Below, piece by piece: positions 13,791 through 27,326 of a stretch of 64,000 nucleotides of DNA. A program made the position numbers and the translations under genes. The DNA is from Squalus acanthias. Its lineage: Eukaryota. Below the pieces are notes generated by a model. That model was not told the origin of the DNA, searched no databases, and worked only from the letters and a program-made list of their open reading frames with translations. The first letter of the stretch is position 1; each line of letters starts with the position of its first letter. The DNA lies in NCBI GenBank assembly GCA_030390025.1, contig CM059431.1, forward strand, positions 127,970,001 through 128,034,000. The letters run 5' to 3'.

Positions 13791-14736
13791 ACTGTAGGAT
13801 TCAGCTATATAATTAAGGGGCTCTTGAGTGTGATTGTTTATGTAGCAGCCATTTTTATGCATATGATGAATCCAGATATCAATGATCGTAATTAGGATTT
13901 TTCAGGGCTTAGTCACATCATTGACCCTACCTAAGTCAAAAAATAATCAGCATTCAGGATACTGCAAAGCAGCTGTAAAAATTGCTGGGAAGTCAAAATC
14001 ATGGGCTTTGAAAGGGCAGCTGTACAAAATGTCATTTGTTCTAAAAGCTTGCAGTGCCGATATTGCTCTTTTTTCACAGCGAATAAAAAAAAAATTTTGA
14101 TGCTGTAATATATTGTCTTTATACCAACAGTACATAATGGTCAGTTCTCACTTGTAGTTATGCATTTACATTATTTTGAACTAACACCCTATGCATTTTT
14201 AGCGTGATGGCCAGGAATTTCCTGTGAACTTGTTCCTGAAGACATGTGCAATTGAGGCATAAAGCCAATTCCCGGCGTAAAGGAACAAGAACATAAGAAC
14301 AGAAGAATTAGGAGCAGGAGTAGGCCATACGACTACTCGAGCCTGCTCCACCATTCAATAAGATCATGATGCGGAGATGCCGGTGTTGGACTGGGGTGGA
14401 CAAAAATGAGAAGTCGCACAACACCAGGTTATAGTCCAACAGATTTATTTAAAATTACAAGCTTTCGGAGCTGTCGCCCCTTCGTCAGGTAAAGGTACAA
14501 TGAGTGAATCTACAATATTACACAGTATATAAACACAGAAACTGCAGAGATACAATCTTTCAGGGAAGGTGTCCTTACATCAAAGACACACCAGAGCACA
14601 GCCAAGACAATGAGATGTGTCACAGGGGGTCCAACGTGTCAAATCCTGCTGTCTGCAGTTGAGCTTTCTTTTTTTTGGGGGTTTGTTTTTTTTGTGCTTT
14701 TTTTTAAAAACTGGAAAGACAGACAACGATGTCGAG

Positions 14737-15330
14737 TCACGTTCTGTAGCGTGACATGAACCCGATATCCCTATTGAGGCCGTCCTCATGGGTGCGGAAC
14801 TTGGCTATCAGTTTCTGCTCGATGATTTTGCGTTGTCGTGTGTCTCGAAGGCCGCCTTGGAGAACGCTTACCCGCAGATCCGAGGCTGAATGTCCTTGAC
14901 TGCTGAAGTGTTCCCCGACTGGGAGGTAACAATCCTGCCTGGCGATTGTTGCGCGGTGTCCGTTCATACGTTGTCTCAGTGTCTGCATGGTCTCGCCGAT
15001 GTACCATGCTCTGGGGCATCCTTTCCTGCAACGTATCAGGTAGACAATGTTGGCCGAGTCACATGAGTATGTACCATGTACCTGGTGGGTAGTGTCCTCA
15101 CGTGTGATGACGGTATCTGTGTTGATGATCTGGCATGTCTTGCAGAGGTTGCCGTGGCAGGGTTGTGTGGTGTCGTGGTCACTGTTCTCCTGACAGCTGG
15201 GTAATTTGTTGCGAACGATGGTACTTTTGAGGTTAGGCGGCTGCTTGAAGGCGAGTAGTGGAGGCATGGGGATGGCCTTAGCAAGGTGTTCGTCATCATC
15301 GATGACATGTTGAAGGCTGCGAAGAACATG
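14737..15330 (-). CDS. Penelope GIY-YIG endonuclease C-terminal part (5'-truncated)
   Basis: NIVYLIRC..WYIGET..LRQRMNGHR..VGEHF..EQKLI..GLN; upstream C-x-x-C linker. Confidence 0.9.
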   Translation of the reverse strand, partial: HVLRSLQHVIDDDEHLAKAIPMPPLLAFKQPPNLKSTIVRNKLPSCQENSDHDTTQPCHGNLCKTCQIINTDTVITREDTTHQVHGTYSCDSANIVYLIRCRKGCPRAWYIGETMQTLRQRMNGHRATIARQDCYLPVGEHFSSQGHSASDLRVSVLQGGLRDTRQRKIIEQKLIAKFRTHEDGLNRDIGFMSRYRT

Positions 15331-15769
15331 CTGAAGTGTTCCCAGTCGGGGAACACTTCAGCAGTCAAGGACATTCAGCCTCGGATCTGCGGGTTAGCGT
15401 TCTCCAAGGCGGCCTTCGAGACACATGACAACGCAAAATCATCGAGCAGAAACTGATAGCCAAGTTCCGCACCCATGAGGACGGCCTCAATAGGGATATC
15501 GGGTTCATGTCACGCTACAGAACGTGACTCGACATCGTTGTCTGTCTTTCCAGTTTTTAAAAAAAAGCACAAAAACAACCAAACCCCCCAAAAAAAGAAA
15601 GCTCAACTACAGACAGCAGGATTTGACACGTTGGACCCCCTGTGACACATCTCATTGTCTTGGCTGTGCTCTGGTGTGTCTTTGATGTAAGGACACCTTC
15701 CCTGAAAGATTGTATCTCTGCAGTTTCTGTGTTTATATACTGTGTAATATTGTAGATTCACTCATTGTA

Positions 15770-15812
15770 CCTTTACCTGACGAAGGGGCGACAGCTCCGA
15801 AAGCTTGTAATT
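15770..15812 (+). ncRNA. Minimal hammerhead ribozyme motif in Penelope terminal repeat (mirror copy at 14455-14495, minus)
   Basis: CTGACGA-A-GGGGC-GACA-GCTCC-GAAA-GCTTGTA. Confidence 0.75.
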
Positions 15813-17526
15813 TTAAATAAATCTGTTGGACTATAACCTGGTGTTGTGCGACTTCTCAATAAGATCATGACTGATCTTTGACCTCAACTCCACTTTCCCG
15901 CCCGATCAACATATCCCTTGATTCCCCTGGAGTCCAAAAATCTATCAATCTCAGCTTTGAATATACTCAACAACTCAGCAGCTACTGCCCTTTCGGGTAG
16001 AGAATTCCAAAGATTCACAACCCTCTGAGTGAATAAATTCCTCCTCATCTCAGTCTTAAATGGCCGACCCCTTATCCTGAGACTATGCCCCTAGTTCTAG
16101 ACACTCCAGCTAGGGGAAACAACCTCTCAGCATCTACCCTGTCAATCCCCCTCATTATCTTATATGTTTCAATAAGATCACCTCTCATTCTTCTAAACTC
16201 CAGAGAGTATAGGCACAATCTACTCAATTTCTCCTCATAGGATAACCCTCTCATCGCAGGGATCAATCTAGTGAGCCTTTGTTGCACCGCCTCTAAGGCA
16301 TGTATATCCTTCTCAGATAAGGAGACCAAAACTGTGCATAGTAATCCATGTGTAGTCTCACCACAACCCTGTACAATTGTAACAGGACTTCCTTACTCTT
16401 GTACTCCAACCCCCTTGCAATAAAGGCCAACATGTAATTTGCATTCCTAATTGCTTACTGTACCTGCATCCTAACTTTCTGAGTTTCCTGTACGAGGGCA
16501 CTTAAATCTCTCTGAACACCAACATTTAATGGTTTCTCACCATTTAAAAAATATTCTGTTTTTCTATTCTTCCTACCAAAGTGGGGAAATAACCTCACAT
16601 TTGCTCACATTATACTCCATCTGCCACCTTATTGCCCACTCATTTAACCTGTCTATATCCCTTTGCAGGCTCTTTGTGTACTCCTCACGGCTTACTTTCC
16701 CACCTAGCTTTGTATCATCAGCAAACTTGGATACATTGCACACGGTCCCTTCATCTAAGTCATTAATATAGATTGTAAATAGGTGAGGCCTATTTACTCT
16801 CTGTTTTCTGACCATTAACCAATCCTCTATCCATGCTAATATATTACCCCCAATCCCATGAGCCCTTATCTTGCGTAGCAACCTTTTATGTGGCACCTTA
16901 TCGAAAGCCTTTTGGAAATCCAAATATACTGCATCCGCTGGTTCCCCTGTATCTACCCTGCTAGTTACATCCTCAAATAACTCTACTAAATTTGTTAAAC
17001 ATGATTTCCCTTTCTTAGAACCATGTTGACTCTGCCTAATCATATTATGATTTTCTAAGTGCCCTGTTACCACTTCCTTCCTTAATAATGGATACAAGGA
17101 AGCTCGAGTGTAAGTGAGTTATGCACAACTTTAGTTTACTCCCGAATTGCCTCGGTATTTTCTGCCCGTTTATTGACCCCTGCGCCCGGATGCATCGTGG
17201 CTCACCCACCCAGGCTAACAAGTGGTACATACACATTTCCTGCTCGTTCAAAGCAGCTTTAAAGTTACACCCAGAATTTTGGCCGCAGCAGGAAACAAAA
17301 TCATATTTCTTGCATTTTATAGCAAATTTTTAAAAATCTATTCTCACTGAGACCTTTCTCCTTTGCTTCTTTTCTTGTTTCTTTGATTTCATTTTTATGG
17401 CATCGATAAATCACGTTATAATTTGAAAAGCTGCCACCATGGTAGGTTTTTAAACTTTAACCACTATGGGCCAGATTTTGCTGAAAACACTACGGCATCT
17501 AAACGATGCATAGCATTATGAAAGTG

Positions 17527-17980
17527 AAAAAAAAGATTTGCATTTATATAGCGCCTTTCACGACCACCGGATGTCTCAAAGCGACAAAGAAGTACTTTTT
17601 GAAGTGTAGTCACTTTTGTAATGTGGGAAACACAGCAGCCAATGTGCACACAGCAAGCTCCCACAAACAGCAATGTAATAAGGACCAAATAATCTGTTTT
17701 AGTGATGTGGATTCAGGGATAAACATTGGCCAGGACACGGGAGATAATTCCCCTGCTCTTCTTCGAAATAGGAGCTTTTACGTCTACTTGAGAGAGCAGA
17801 CAGGACCTCAGTTTAACGTCTCATCCAGAAGATAGCACCTCCGACAATGCAGCACTCCCTCAGTACTGCACGAGAATGTCAGCCTAGATTTGTGTGCTCA
17901 AGTCTCTAGCGTGGGACTCTAAACACACAGCCTTCCAACTCAGAGGCGAGGATGCTACAAACTGAGCCATGGGTGACACC
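17527..17980 (-). mobile_element. Deu-domain SINE (SacSINE1-like)
   Basis: Full-length homology to 33892-34358. Confidence 0.8.
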
Positions 17981-18410
17981 TGAAAATCTGTCAGCAACTT
18001 GTGGTGAGGAAGAGATACCCTGTGAATTACAAATCGGCACAAGTTGCTGGCCGTTTGCACCACACTGTTAGCTTCGTGAAAACGATATCTTCCGCTTAAC
18101 CTTCCGCGATTTTCATGAAGTTGTTGCATTAGGACGTTTATTGTCCATTAAACTTGCCACAGAAAGTTAAGTTCAGTAATTAAAAAACAAAAGTACCCTA
18201 TTAATGAAGTAATAATTATTAATGACTCCAATCGACCTCTCTTGCCCAGAAAGTGAACAATTACAATTGTGGAGTCTCATTCCTTCAGGAGGTGAATTGT
18301 TTTAGGAGATTTTAAAAAGGTCAAATTTAAATTTAAGACATTTTTTCTTACTTTTTCTATTTGTCTCCTTTTTCTCACTCTTTTAGTCCAAACTTTATTT
18401 CCTGCTCTTT

Positions 18411-20117
18411 GGGCTGGATTTCCCTGCAGAGGCGGGATGGCGGCGGGAGAGCTAATTGGCAGTTTCCAGTCTCGCTCTCATCTGCAGCCGCTCTCTAAAA
18501 AAGATTTTCTGTAGATTGGCCTTGTTAAGCCCGCCCTGCGGGGTTCCCGGCTAATTAACAGGAAGCGGGTCTGATGACGTCATTTGATGATGCGTCATCA
18601 GCCGGTTTCCTTAAAGGGACCATGGCCACATTGATTTTGACAGTTCTACTGTCAGTGTTCTACAGCATTGAGGTGCTGCAAACACTGACAAGTACTGCAG
18701 AAAGGTGCACATCTGCACCCAGGCTCTCCCATGACTCCCTCCATATGCTTATGGAGGGAGTGACAGCATGCAGGGAGATTCTCTTCCCTTCCCATGGGCG
18801 GAAGAGACCTCCCCAGGAGATCAACACAGTCTGGTTGCACATTACACAGGAGTGCACAAGCAGGGATGTCGTCAGGAGTGTCTGGCTGCAGTGGCACAAA
18901 CCTTTCAATGATCCCCATCACTCTGCCTTCCTTACCCTACTCCTGCACATCCTTACTCACACCAACTTACCTTGCACCTCCACCCATCCCTCTCTATCTA
19001 CATTATCACTTCCCCATCTCACTAGCCACCCCTTACACTCACCCTCATCCTACTGCAAGCATACCAACTAACAACACACAAGGGTAGGCACTTGAGTGGT
19101 TTAGCCAATGTTCATGTGAAGTTTCTGGTAATGTGTTGTCAAAACATTGAAATCTTTATTTTCAACACTTCACCTTATTGAACAGATCTGTGCGCACCTT
19201 GAGAAGCGTCTTACTGAGTTCTAGTAAATGTTGAAACATAAATTCCACCACCCCCCTCCCCCCACTATAGTGATGAATGTGAATGGAATGGCTTGGACAT
19301 TATAGGGTTGATTTACGGTGCTGGTGTGGGGTGGTGTCAACTTGACGCATCATGTGGCAGCCAGGGTGTACAGCGTCAAGTGAAGTAAATTTGGCCATGG
19401 TGATGCCAGCACTGGCCTCCCGGGCAGCAATGTTGTCAGGGGCTGATGCCCTGTGCAGCATCAGGTGATGGCGGAGAAGGTTGGTGATGTCATTGGTGAT
19501 GTTGGTGTTGGGGCTGATCGTGGAAGGATTCAGAGGACCAAGGTGAGATTTTTTCAAGGGCACCGATGTTGCTGGAATAGATGGCAGCTGCAGTTGAGAT
19601 GACAGAAGCGATCTGTCAATGGTGAGAGAGGTTGTTCCAATGAGGTGCCACTGGATAGAGAGTTGGCTCTAAACACTTGCAAGCTAAAGAAATCTCTATA
19701 TGTCTCACAAATGCAGTAACCAACAGTTTCTGAGCTCTGAAACTGAACAGCTGCAACATGGTATCCTTTATACCACTTCTGCAGCTGTCAGGTTATCAGA
19801 TAAATCAAAGCAGACTCAACTCACGACAGGGTGAGCTGGCGTGTTCCCTGAGCAGTGGGTAACCCGCGGGGGAGCACGTAGATTTACCAGGTAGGCTCAA
19901 AATAGCATTAAATTGGCTGTTAACAAGCCATTTAATTATATAAATTGTCTCCCCCACCGCTTGGCGTCGGGTCAGTTCTGCGCAGACAGACCCAACACCT
20001 GGAAGACTCGCGTGGAGGCGGGTTGACAGCGGGTTTCCTACCCACTGTCAATCTTTGCTATTTTGACAGCGGGCCTGCCTCCAAACCCGCACTCTGAGCG
20101 CCGGCAAAATCCATCAC
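18411..20117 (+). mobile_element. Harbinger deletion derivative with Myb/SANT exon remnant
   Basis: GGGCTGGATTTT ... AAAATCCATCAC ends; ORF 18574-19071 has APRLSHDSL..L.EGV...REILFP...W..I....W...FND. Confidence 0.7.
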
Positions 20118-20967
20118 ATTATTCCTCTTTCTGTACCTGGTTTGACATTGAATTCATCCCCTTTAATTCACCTTCATTCTTGGTTCTTCCCCTTTTTATT
20201 TATCAATCCTTAAATATCACTGGCTATTGAGATACACTTTTGGTCCCATTGTTCACCAAGGTCCCAGATGCCCTGTCACCCTCGCTGCGCCATTATCAGC
20301 TCACATTTCCAGCAACTTAGTGGGCAAAAATGTTTACAACCAAACGTGCACAAACAAATCTAACTAACGGAGCACGCCGCGAGATGTCCCGCTCCAACAC
20401 AGTCGAGCCCTGTGTAATTGACACACTGAAAATACATGAGTAGATTTCCCACCCCGCCCCCCCCCACCCCCCCATCATCTTTACATACCTTAATTGAGGC
20501 ACGCGAGGGCCGCGTACTTTACAATGAAAAGTCACAGCCCACTGACGGTATTGATACCATGACGGATCTCAACCTCCAGATTTGGGATGCTCACTTGGGG
20601 CCAAGCCCGACTGCTGAACCATGGCGGGAACTTTGGCATCTCCCCACCACGCCTTTGAAACGAGCTTCACATAAAGCTTGACTGGAATGGACATTCCATC
20701 CAAACCCACCATTCCCACCCCCATGGTGTAAATGTTAGTTGGGAGCCCATGCATTGCATTGATTTATTTCCTGTTTGAATGTTGAAAATTTATATGCTCT
20801 TTTTTAATGACTAAACCGATTTGTGCATATAATGCTCTTAATACCAAAATCTATAAATGTTTTACTGACTTGTCATTGTGTATTTGCTGTAGTCTAATCA
20901 ATTAAACAGCTGACATAGTTGCTTTTAATAGATACAGGAATGAACAAAACAGTTTATAAAGCATTAA

Positions 20968-21165
20968 AGGTCCTAAGCTCTGGAACTCCCTCCCTAAACC
21001 TCTCCGCCTCTCCACCTCTCTTTCCTCCTTTAAGATGCTCTTTAAAACCTACCTCTTTGACCACCAGTCCTGATATCTCCTCATGTGGCTCGGTGTCAAA
21101 TTTTGCTTTATAACGCTCCTGTGTAGCACCTTGGGACATCTTACTACATTAGAGGCACTATATAA
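20968..21165 (+). mobile_element. L2 3' end
   Basis: LWNSLP-type segment and aggcactatataaat tail. Confidence 0.6.
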
Positions 21166-21285
21166 ATAGTGCCTCTAATGTAGAGACCTGGGATATATGT
21201 GCACAAATCGTTGAAGGTGGCAGGGCAGGTTGAGAAAGCAGTTAAAAAAGCATAGAGGATACTGGGCTTCATAAATAGAGGCTAT

Positions 21286-22097
21286 GGGCTGGATTTTACC
21301 AACTCTGAGGAGGTGGGTTTGGAGGCGGGACTGCTGGGAAAGTCAAAAAGAATGGGAGCGGGTCCCGAACCCGCTCCCAACCCGCCTCCAAACAATCTTC
21401 CCGGGAGTCAGATCCCTGATTCCTAGCGGCGGGAGGAGGATTACAGCCAATTAACTGCCTGAGGCTTTTTCCAATTTTTAGACTTCTGCTGCGGGCTTGC
21501 CAACATCGGGGAACCCCGCCAGGGTAAGTGAGGCATGCTGTGGGTCTGTTGTTATGTTGGTATATAGAAGACAACTGCAGAAGTGGTGTGAAGGATGCAA
21601 TGGGACACTGGTGAGTATCAGAGGTAAGGAAATGTTGGGAAAGTCATTTTTAATGTGTTTAGATATTTCTGGAGGTGACAAGCTTTGAAGTGTTTGTGTG
21701 GCCTCACCTCAATGGGAAAAGTGACAGATCGCTTCTGTACCCTCACCTGCAGCTGCCATCTGTTTCATCCTAAGGAGAGAGTCATAGAGAGCCTGGGTGG
21801 AAGGGCTCACCTGTGTACAGTGATTGTCAGTGTTTGACAGCACCTCAATGCTGTCAAATCATTTTTCAAAAATTTATGGTTCATGTGTCTTTAAGAAAGC
21901 CAGCAGATGAAGTATCATCAACTGACGTCACCTGACACTAGCTTTCCCTTAATTGGCCAGCAAGCCCGCAGGGCAGGCTTAACAAGGCCAATCAGGGGAA
22001 AATAGCGTCTGTGCGCCGGACGTCACTGGGGGCGGGACTAGAACCCGGAAGGCAGCAGGCCTGCCCCCAACGCATCTCGGTGAGTAAAATCCAGCCC
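21286..22097. mobile_element. Harbinger-type MITE
   Basis: Perfect 14-bp TIR GGGCTGGATTTTAC / GTAAAATCCAGCCC. Confidence 0.85.
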
Positions 22098-22125
22098 ATA
22101 GAGTACAAATGCAAGGAAGTTATGA

Positions 22126-24010
22126 GGAAACATAGAAGATAGGAGCAGGAGTAGGCCATTCGGCCCCTCGAGCCTGCTCCGCCATTTAATGAGATCATGG
22201 CTGATCATTTAAATTCAGTACCCTGTCCCTGCTTTCTCCCCATATCCCTTGATCCCTTTAGCCTTAAGAAATATATCTAACTCCTTCTTGAATATATTTA
22301 ATGAATTGGCCTCAACTGCCTTTTGTGGTAGAGAATTCCACAGGTTCACCACTCTCTGGGTGAAGAAATTCCTCCTCATCTCTGTCCTAAATGGCTTACC
22401 CCTTATCTTTAGACTGTGACCCCTGGTTCTGGACTCCTCCGCCATCGGGAACATCCTTCCTGCATCTAGTCTGTCTAGTCCTGTTAGAATTTTATAAGTT
22501 TCAGTGAGATCCCCTCTCATTCTTCTAAACTCCAGCGAATATAAGCCTAATCGACCCAATCTCTCCTCATACGTCATTCTTGCCATCCCAGGTATCAGTC
22601 TGGTGAATCTTCACTGCACTCCCTCCATGGCAAGAACATCCTTCCTCAGGTAAGGTGACCAAAACTGCACAAAATACTCAAGGTGTGGTCTCACCAAAGC
22701 CCTGTACAACTGTAGCAAGACATCCTTGCTCCTGTACTCGAATCCTCTCGCTATGAAGGCCAACATACCATTTGCCTTCTTAACCGCCTGCTGCACCTGC
22801 ATGCTTACCTTCAGCGACTGGTGCACAAGGACACCCAGGTCTCGTTGCACTTCCCCTTCTACCAATCTATTGCTGTTCAGATAATAATCTGCCTTCCTGT
22901 TTTTGCCACCAAAGTGGATAACCTCGCATTTATCCACATTATACTGCATCTGCCATGCATCTGCCCAATCACCCAACCTGTCCAAATCATACTGGAGTTT
23001 CTCGGCATCCTCCTCACTGCACACACGCCCACCCAGTTTGTGTCGTCTGCAAACTTGGAGATATTACATTTAGTTCCCTCATCTAGATCATTAATATATA
23101 TTGTGAATAACTGGGGTCCTGGCACCGATCCCTGCGGGACCCCACTAGTCACTGCCTGCCACTCGGAAAAAGACCCGTTTATTCCAACTCTTTGCTTCCT
23201 GTCTGCCAACCAGTTCTCTATCCAAGTCTGTACCTTACCCCCAACCCCATGTGCTTTAACTTTACACGCTAATCTCTTATGCGGGACCTTATCGAAAGCC
23301 TTCTGAAAGTCCAAATACACCACATCCACTGGTTCTCCCTTATCTATTCTACCAGTTACATCCTCAAAAAATTCCAGTAGATTAGTCAAGCACGATTTAC
23401 CTTTTGTAAATCCATGTTGACTTTGTCCGATCCTGTCACTGTTTTCCAAGTGCTCTGCTATTACATCTTTTATAATGGACTCTTGCATTTTCCCGACTAC
23501 CGATGTCAGGCTTACCGGTCTATAATTCCCCGTTTTCTCTCTACCACCTTTTTTAAATAGTGGGGTTACATTAGCTACCCTCCAATCCATGGGAACTGTG
23601 CCAGAATCTATAGAATTTTGGAAGATGATCAGCAATGCATCTACTATTTTTCGGGCCACTTCCTTAAGTACCCTCGGATGTAGATTATCAGGCCCTGGGG
23701 ATTTATCGGCCTTCAGTCCCGTCAATTTCCCTAGCACCATTTCCTTACAAATACTGATTTCATTCAGTTCCTCCCTCTCATTAGACCCTATGTTCCCCGA
23801 CATCTCTGGGGGGTTATTTTTGACCTCCTTTGTGAAGACAGAACCAAAGTTTGTATTTAATTGGTCAGCCATTTCTTTGTTCCCCATTATAAATTCCCCT
23901 GATTCTGACTGCAAGGGACCTACGCTTGACTTCACCGATCTTTTTCTCTTCATATATCTATAGAAGCTTTTACAGTCAGTTTTTATGTTCCCTGAAAGCT
24001 TACTCTCATA
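22126..24010 (-). mobile_element. CR1 LINE, 5'-truncated
   Basis: ORFs 22877-23953, 22611-23024, 22215-22586 with RT motifs. Confidence 0.95.
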
Positions 24011-25042
24011 CCTTTATAAAAAAGATTTACAAGAATGGTTCCAGTGATGAGGGACTTCAGTTATGTGGATAGACTGGAGAAGCTGGGTTTGTTCTCCTTA
24101 GAGCACAGAAGGTTGAGAGGAGATTTGATGGAGGTGTTCAAAATCATGAGGGGTCTAGACAGAGTAGATAGAGAGAAACTGTTCCCATTGGCGGAAGGGT
24201 CGAGAACCAGAGGACACAGATTTAATGTGATTGGCAGAGGAACCAAAGGCAACATGAGGAAAAACTTTTTTACGCAGTGACTAGTTAGGATCTGGGATGC
24301 ACTGCCTGAGAGGGTGGTGGAGGCAGATTCAATCGTGGCTTTTGAAAGGGAATTGGATAAGTACCTGAAGGAAAAAAATTTGCAGGGCTACGGGGAAAGG
24401 GCGGGGAGTGGAACTAGCTGAAGTGCTCTTGCAGAGACCCAGCACGGGCTCGACGGGCTGAATGGCCTCCTTCAGTGCTGTAACCATTCTATGATTCTAT
24501 ATTAGGAAATGTTGCTTTGTCAGAGGTGCTATCTTTTAGATAAGAGATTAAATTGAATTCTGCTCCTATGGTTCAACTGAACATTAAAGATCCCATTGCA
24601 CTATTCAAAGAAGTGCCCTCGTCAACATTCCTCCCTCACTCAGTGCAAACTGTTCAATTATTTTATCAATTTGCAGAATTTTGGTGGGCACAAATTAGCT
24701 GATACATTTGCCTAAATAACAACAGTCACTGCACTTGAAAGTAATGTATTGTGATGAAAATTGTTGAGACATTTCTGAGATACATAATAAGACACTATAT
24801 AAAGGCAAAGATTTCCTTTCTTCCATCCTTCCTTCCTCTCTAGCTTCAGTTTTTTTTAACAGGCAGAATGCACTCTTCAAATCGCCATTTAGTTTTTACC
24901 TGCTGAGGGAATTCACCTCATTTAATCATCAACTCTTGACGAGAAAACAAATTAAATGTCTCAAATCCTCCCTTAAAATAATGGACAAAGGAAATTCGTA
25001 CAAATGTTTTAAGTATTCATATACTAATATTCAAACATCTTA

Positions 25043-25670
25043 GTCCCGATTTTAACTCAAGATGCAAGCACTGTGTGGGAGGCCTGACACATTTCAACCC
25101 CTGGGCCTCATTACAATATCCGAGGACTGACTCCCACCTGAACCAGATGGGAATGACATGGAGGCCGGCAGGCAGAAGGGTAAATCATGTGCAAGCAGGC
25201 CACCGCTGGAGACCCAAGGAAATGGTTCGCAGTAGTCAGGTAAATATGTTGGGAGGGAAAGGGGGGCAATTGCGGTCAAGGTCGGGGGGTGGGGGGCAAA
25301 GCCCGAGCAGGGAGACCCAAGTTTTCCTTGTGGGGCCTGGCCTGAAACCAAATTTAAAAAAATTAAATTGACTTACCTTCTCGGCCTTCTCTGTGCCTCC
25401 TCCTGCATGGCACCAGTTGTCTTTGGTGAGATCAACACCGGGCGCCGACTGCGCGACTGCACGTCAAAATCTCATTGTGGTCTGAATGACATCATCAGAC
25501 CATGACATTTTGCATTTCAATGAGGCTCTCACCTGCCTGGGGCAAGGGCCTTGCATGCTGGCCAAAACGTGCCTGTAAAAATCATGTGTGGCGTGAAGTG
25601 AACATAGATCTGGTGAGCAGGACACTGCTTCGATTTTAACCCCCAAAAGCAGGGGATTAAAATTGGGCTC
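25043..25670. mobile_element. MITE
   Basis: CCCGATTTTAA / TTAAAATTGGG terminal inverted repeats. Confidence 0.55.
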
Positions 25671-26464
25671 AGTTTTTCAAGGTAGTAGAATCTTGGCCTC
25701 ATGGATTTTGAGGCAAGTGATTACCATTATGTTAATTAACAATTACACTTGATTCAAACTCATTTATTAGTTCACAAGGCTCTGCACATTAGTCATAAGA
25801 CCTCCATAAGCCGCCAAATCACCTCATAACTGCCAGCTATTGAAAAGTGAACATGGTTTAATAACGTTTGCCTAGCTTGCACAGAAAGAATTGTTACTGC
25901 AGAAACTTAATTAACTCCAAGCTAAAGGAGATGCCAGTATGTTCAGACTAAAGTCTGTAGAGGGTTTCTGATCATATTTGAGAGAACTATTTACTATTTG
26001 AAGACTTTAAACTGGGGTAACCTAATACAATGCAACTACTCATTTATAGCTAGTCCTAAGAGAAAAGGACACTGCAACAGTTTATTGGGTGAATATTTTC
26101 CAAGGCACCAGGCTTTCAACAAATCCTTATGATTATTGCATTGTCTGCCAGATCAAGATATCAAATGTCTCAGCTGAAGACAGTGCAGCATCTCCTAAAA
26201 AGCCACAGAAATATTGAAACAAAACAACAGACCATTCATCAAATGGCTTGCAAACTAGCTATTTGCTCCAAAGGTTAAGATCTCTGCCAACTGACTATTT
26301 GATAATTAATAAATAATATTGCTGTGCCTTTTAAAGATTATTTACAACTAAGCTATCATCCCATGCAATATTTTCACTTTTTTAAGTTTTATCTGCTATA
26401 ATAGTTGCCCCTCTTTTTTTAAAGAAAGCTCCTTGTTCAGTTGCTAAGGCTGGGTAGTGTAGAC

Positions 26465-27326
26465 CAATGTTTCTCAAACTGGGGTCCACGGACCCCCGAG
26501 GGTCCAGAGAGACGTTCCAGGGGACCGTGAAATGATTGGAAGATTAAGAGTAAGATTCAGAGATATCCACAGTAAACACCTCCAAAGAATAATCATCTGG
26601 GAGGCAGTCCTGAATATCCACCTCCTTCAAATCAAAGGGCCAAACTGGATCTGTAGATTCCACCACAATCCGGTAGTAAGTCTTTTCGGTGTATCAAGGA
26701 AATCAGCTTACCAGCTTTTATCTAGCTAGACCAATGAATGACCACAGGAAGTGGTCTAGAGTAAGCCAATGAGTGGGCTTGGTGCAAGACGGGAGCGGAG
26801 TGTGGCAGCCACATGTGCTGCGCAGAGTGGGCGCGCTTGAAGGAGCACCGAGTGTGCATGAGGGTCAACAGATAGATACAATCAAACAATCAGCCCGTTC
26901 AACTCACAGCAACGTTTAATGAAGATAGAAAACTCTAAAAACCGCATATGGACATCACTAACCTTATCACATTTAATGTTTGAATTTTCAACTCATTACA
27001 CTTAATTCTATTTTTTGATTAGTAATTTTGGCCCCTATTACTGGCCAATTAGCACCAAACCCAGGAAAATCAAACTCTTTCACCATCAAATAGTCAAGCG
27101 AAGATCAATCCACATACATCCTTAAAAAAGTTGAGTGTTGAGTAAATTAATTTAAAATGGATAAGTATTTGAAGTACCTGTGTTCTTAAAAGCATTATTA
27201 AAACACTCTTTCAATGCAGCACTTTAGTATTATGTAGTATTATAATTACATTTTTAGATGGAGTCTCCTTGATTACTAATCCATTTGAAAAGGGGTCCTT
27301 CAACCAAAAAAGTTTGAGAACCACTG
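26465..27326. mobile_element. Non-autonomous hAT (Charlie-like) element
   Basis: TIRs CAATGTTTCTCAAACT / AGTTTGAGAACCACTG; perfect 8-bp TSD GTGTAGAC. Confidence 0.92.

Larger units (their letters stand above)
14370..15855 (-). mobile_element. Young Penelope-like element with ~510-bp inverted arm
   Basis: 15346-15857 is a near-perfect inverted copy of ~14408-14922; TCAATAAGATCATGA duplicated at 14355-14369 and 15856-15870. Confidence 0.92.
14283..17095 (-). mobile_element. CR1 LINE split by a Penelope insertion in its 3' UTR
   Basis: Tail (CTTATGTT)n at 14283-14300; RT ORFs 16072-16329, 16573-17097. Confidence 0.9.
17468..20410. mobile_element. Harbinger-type non-autonomous element hosting a SINE and another Harbinger derivative
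   Basis: tat|GGGCCAGATTTTGC left end; degraded ...GAGCCC right end. Confidence 0.45.
21184..24500 (+). mobile_element. CR1 3' fragment split by a MITE and an antisense CR1
   Basis: Colinear pieces 21184-21285, 22098-22125, 24011-24500; attctatgattctat tail. Confidence 0.8.
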
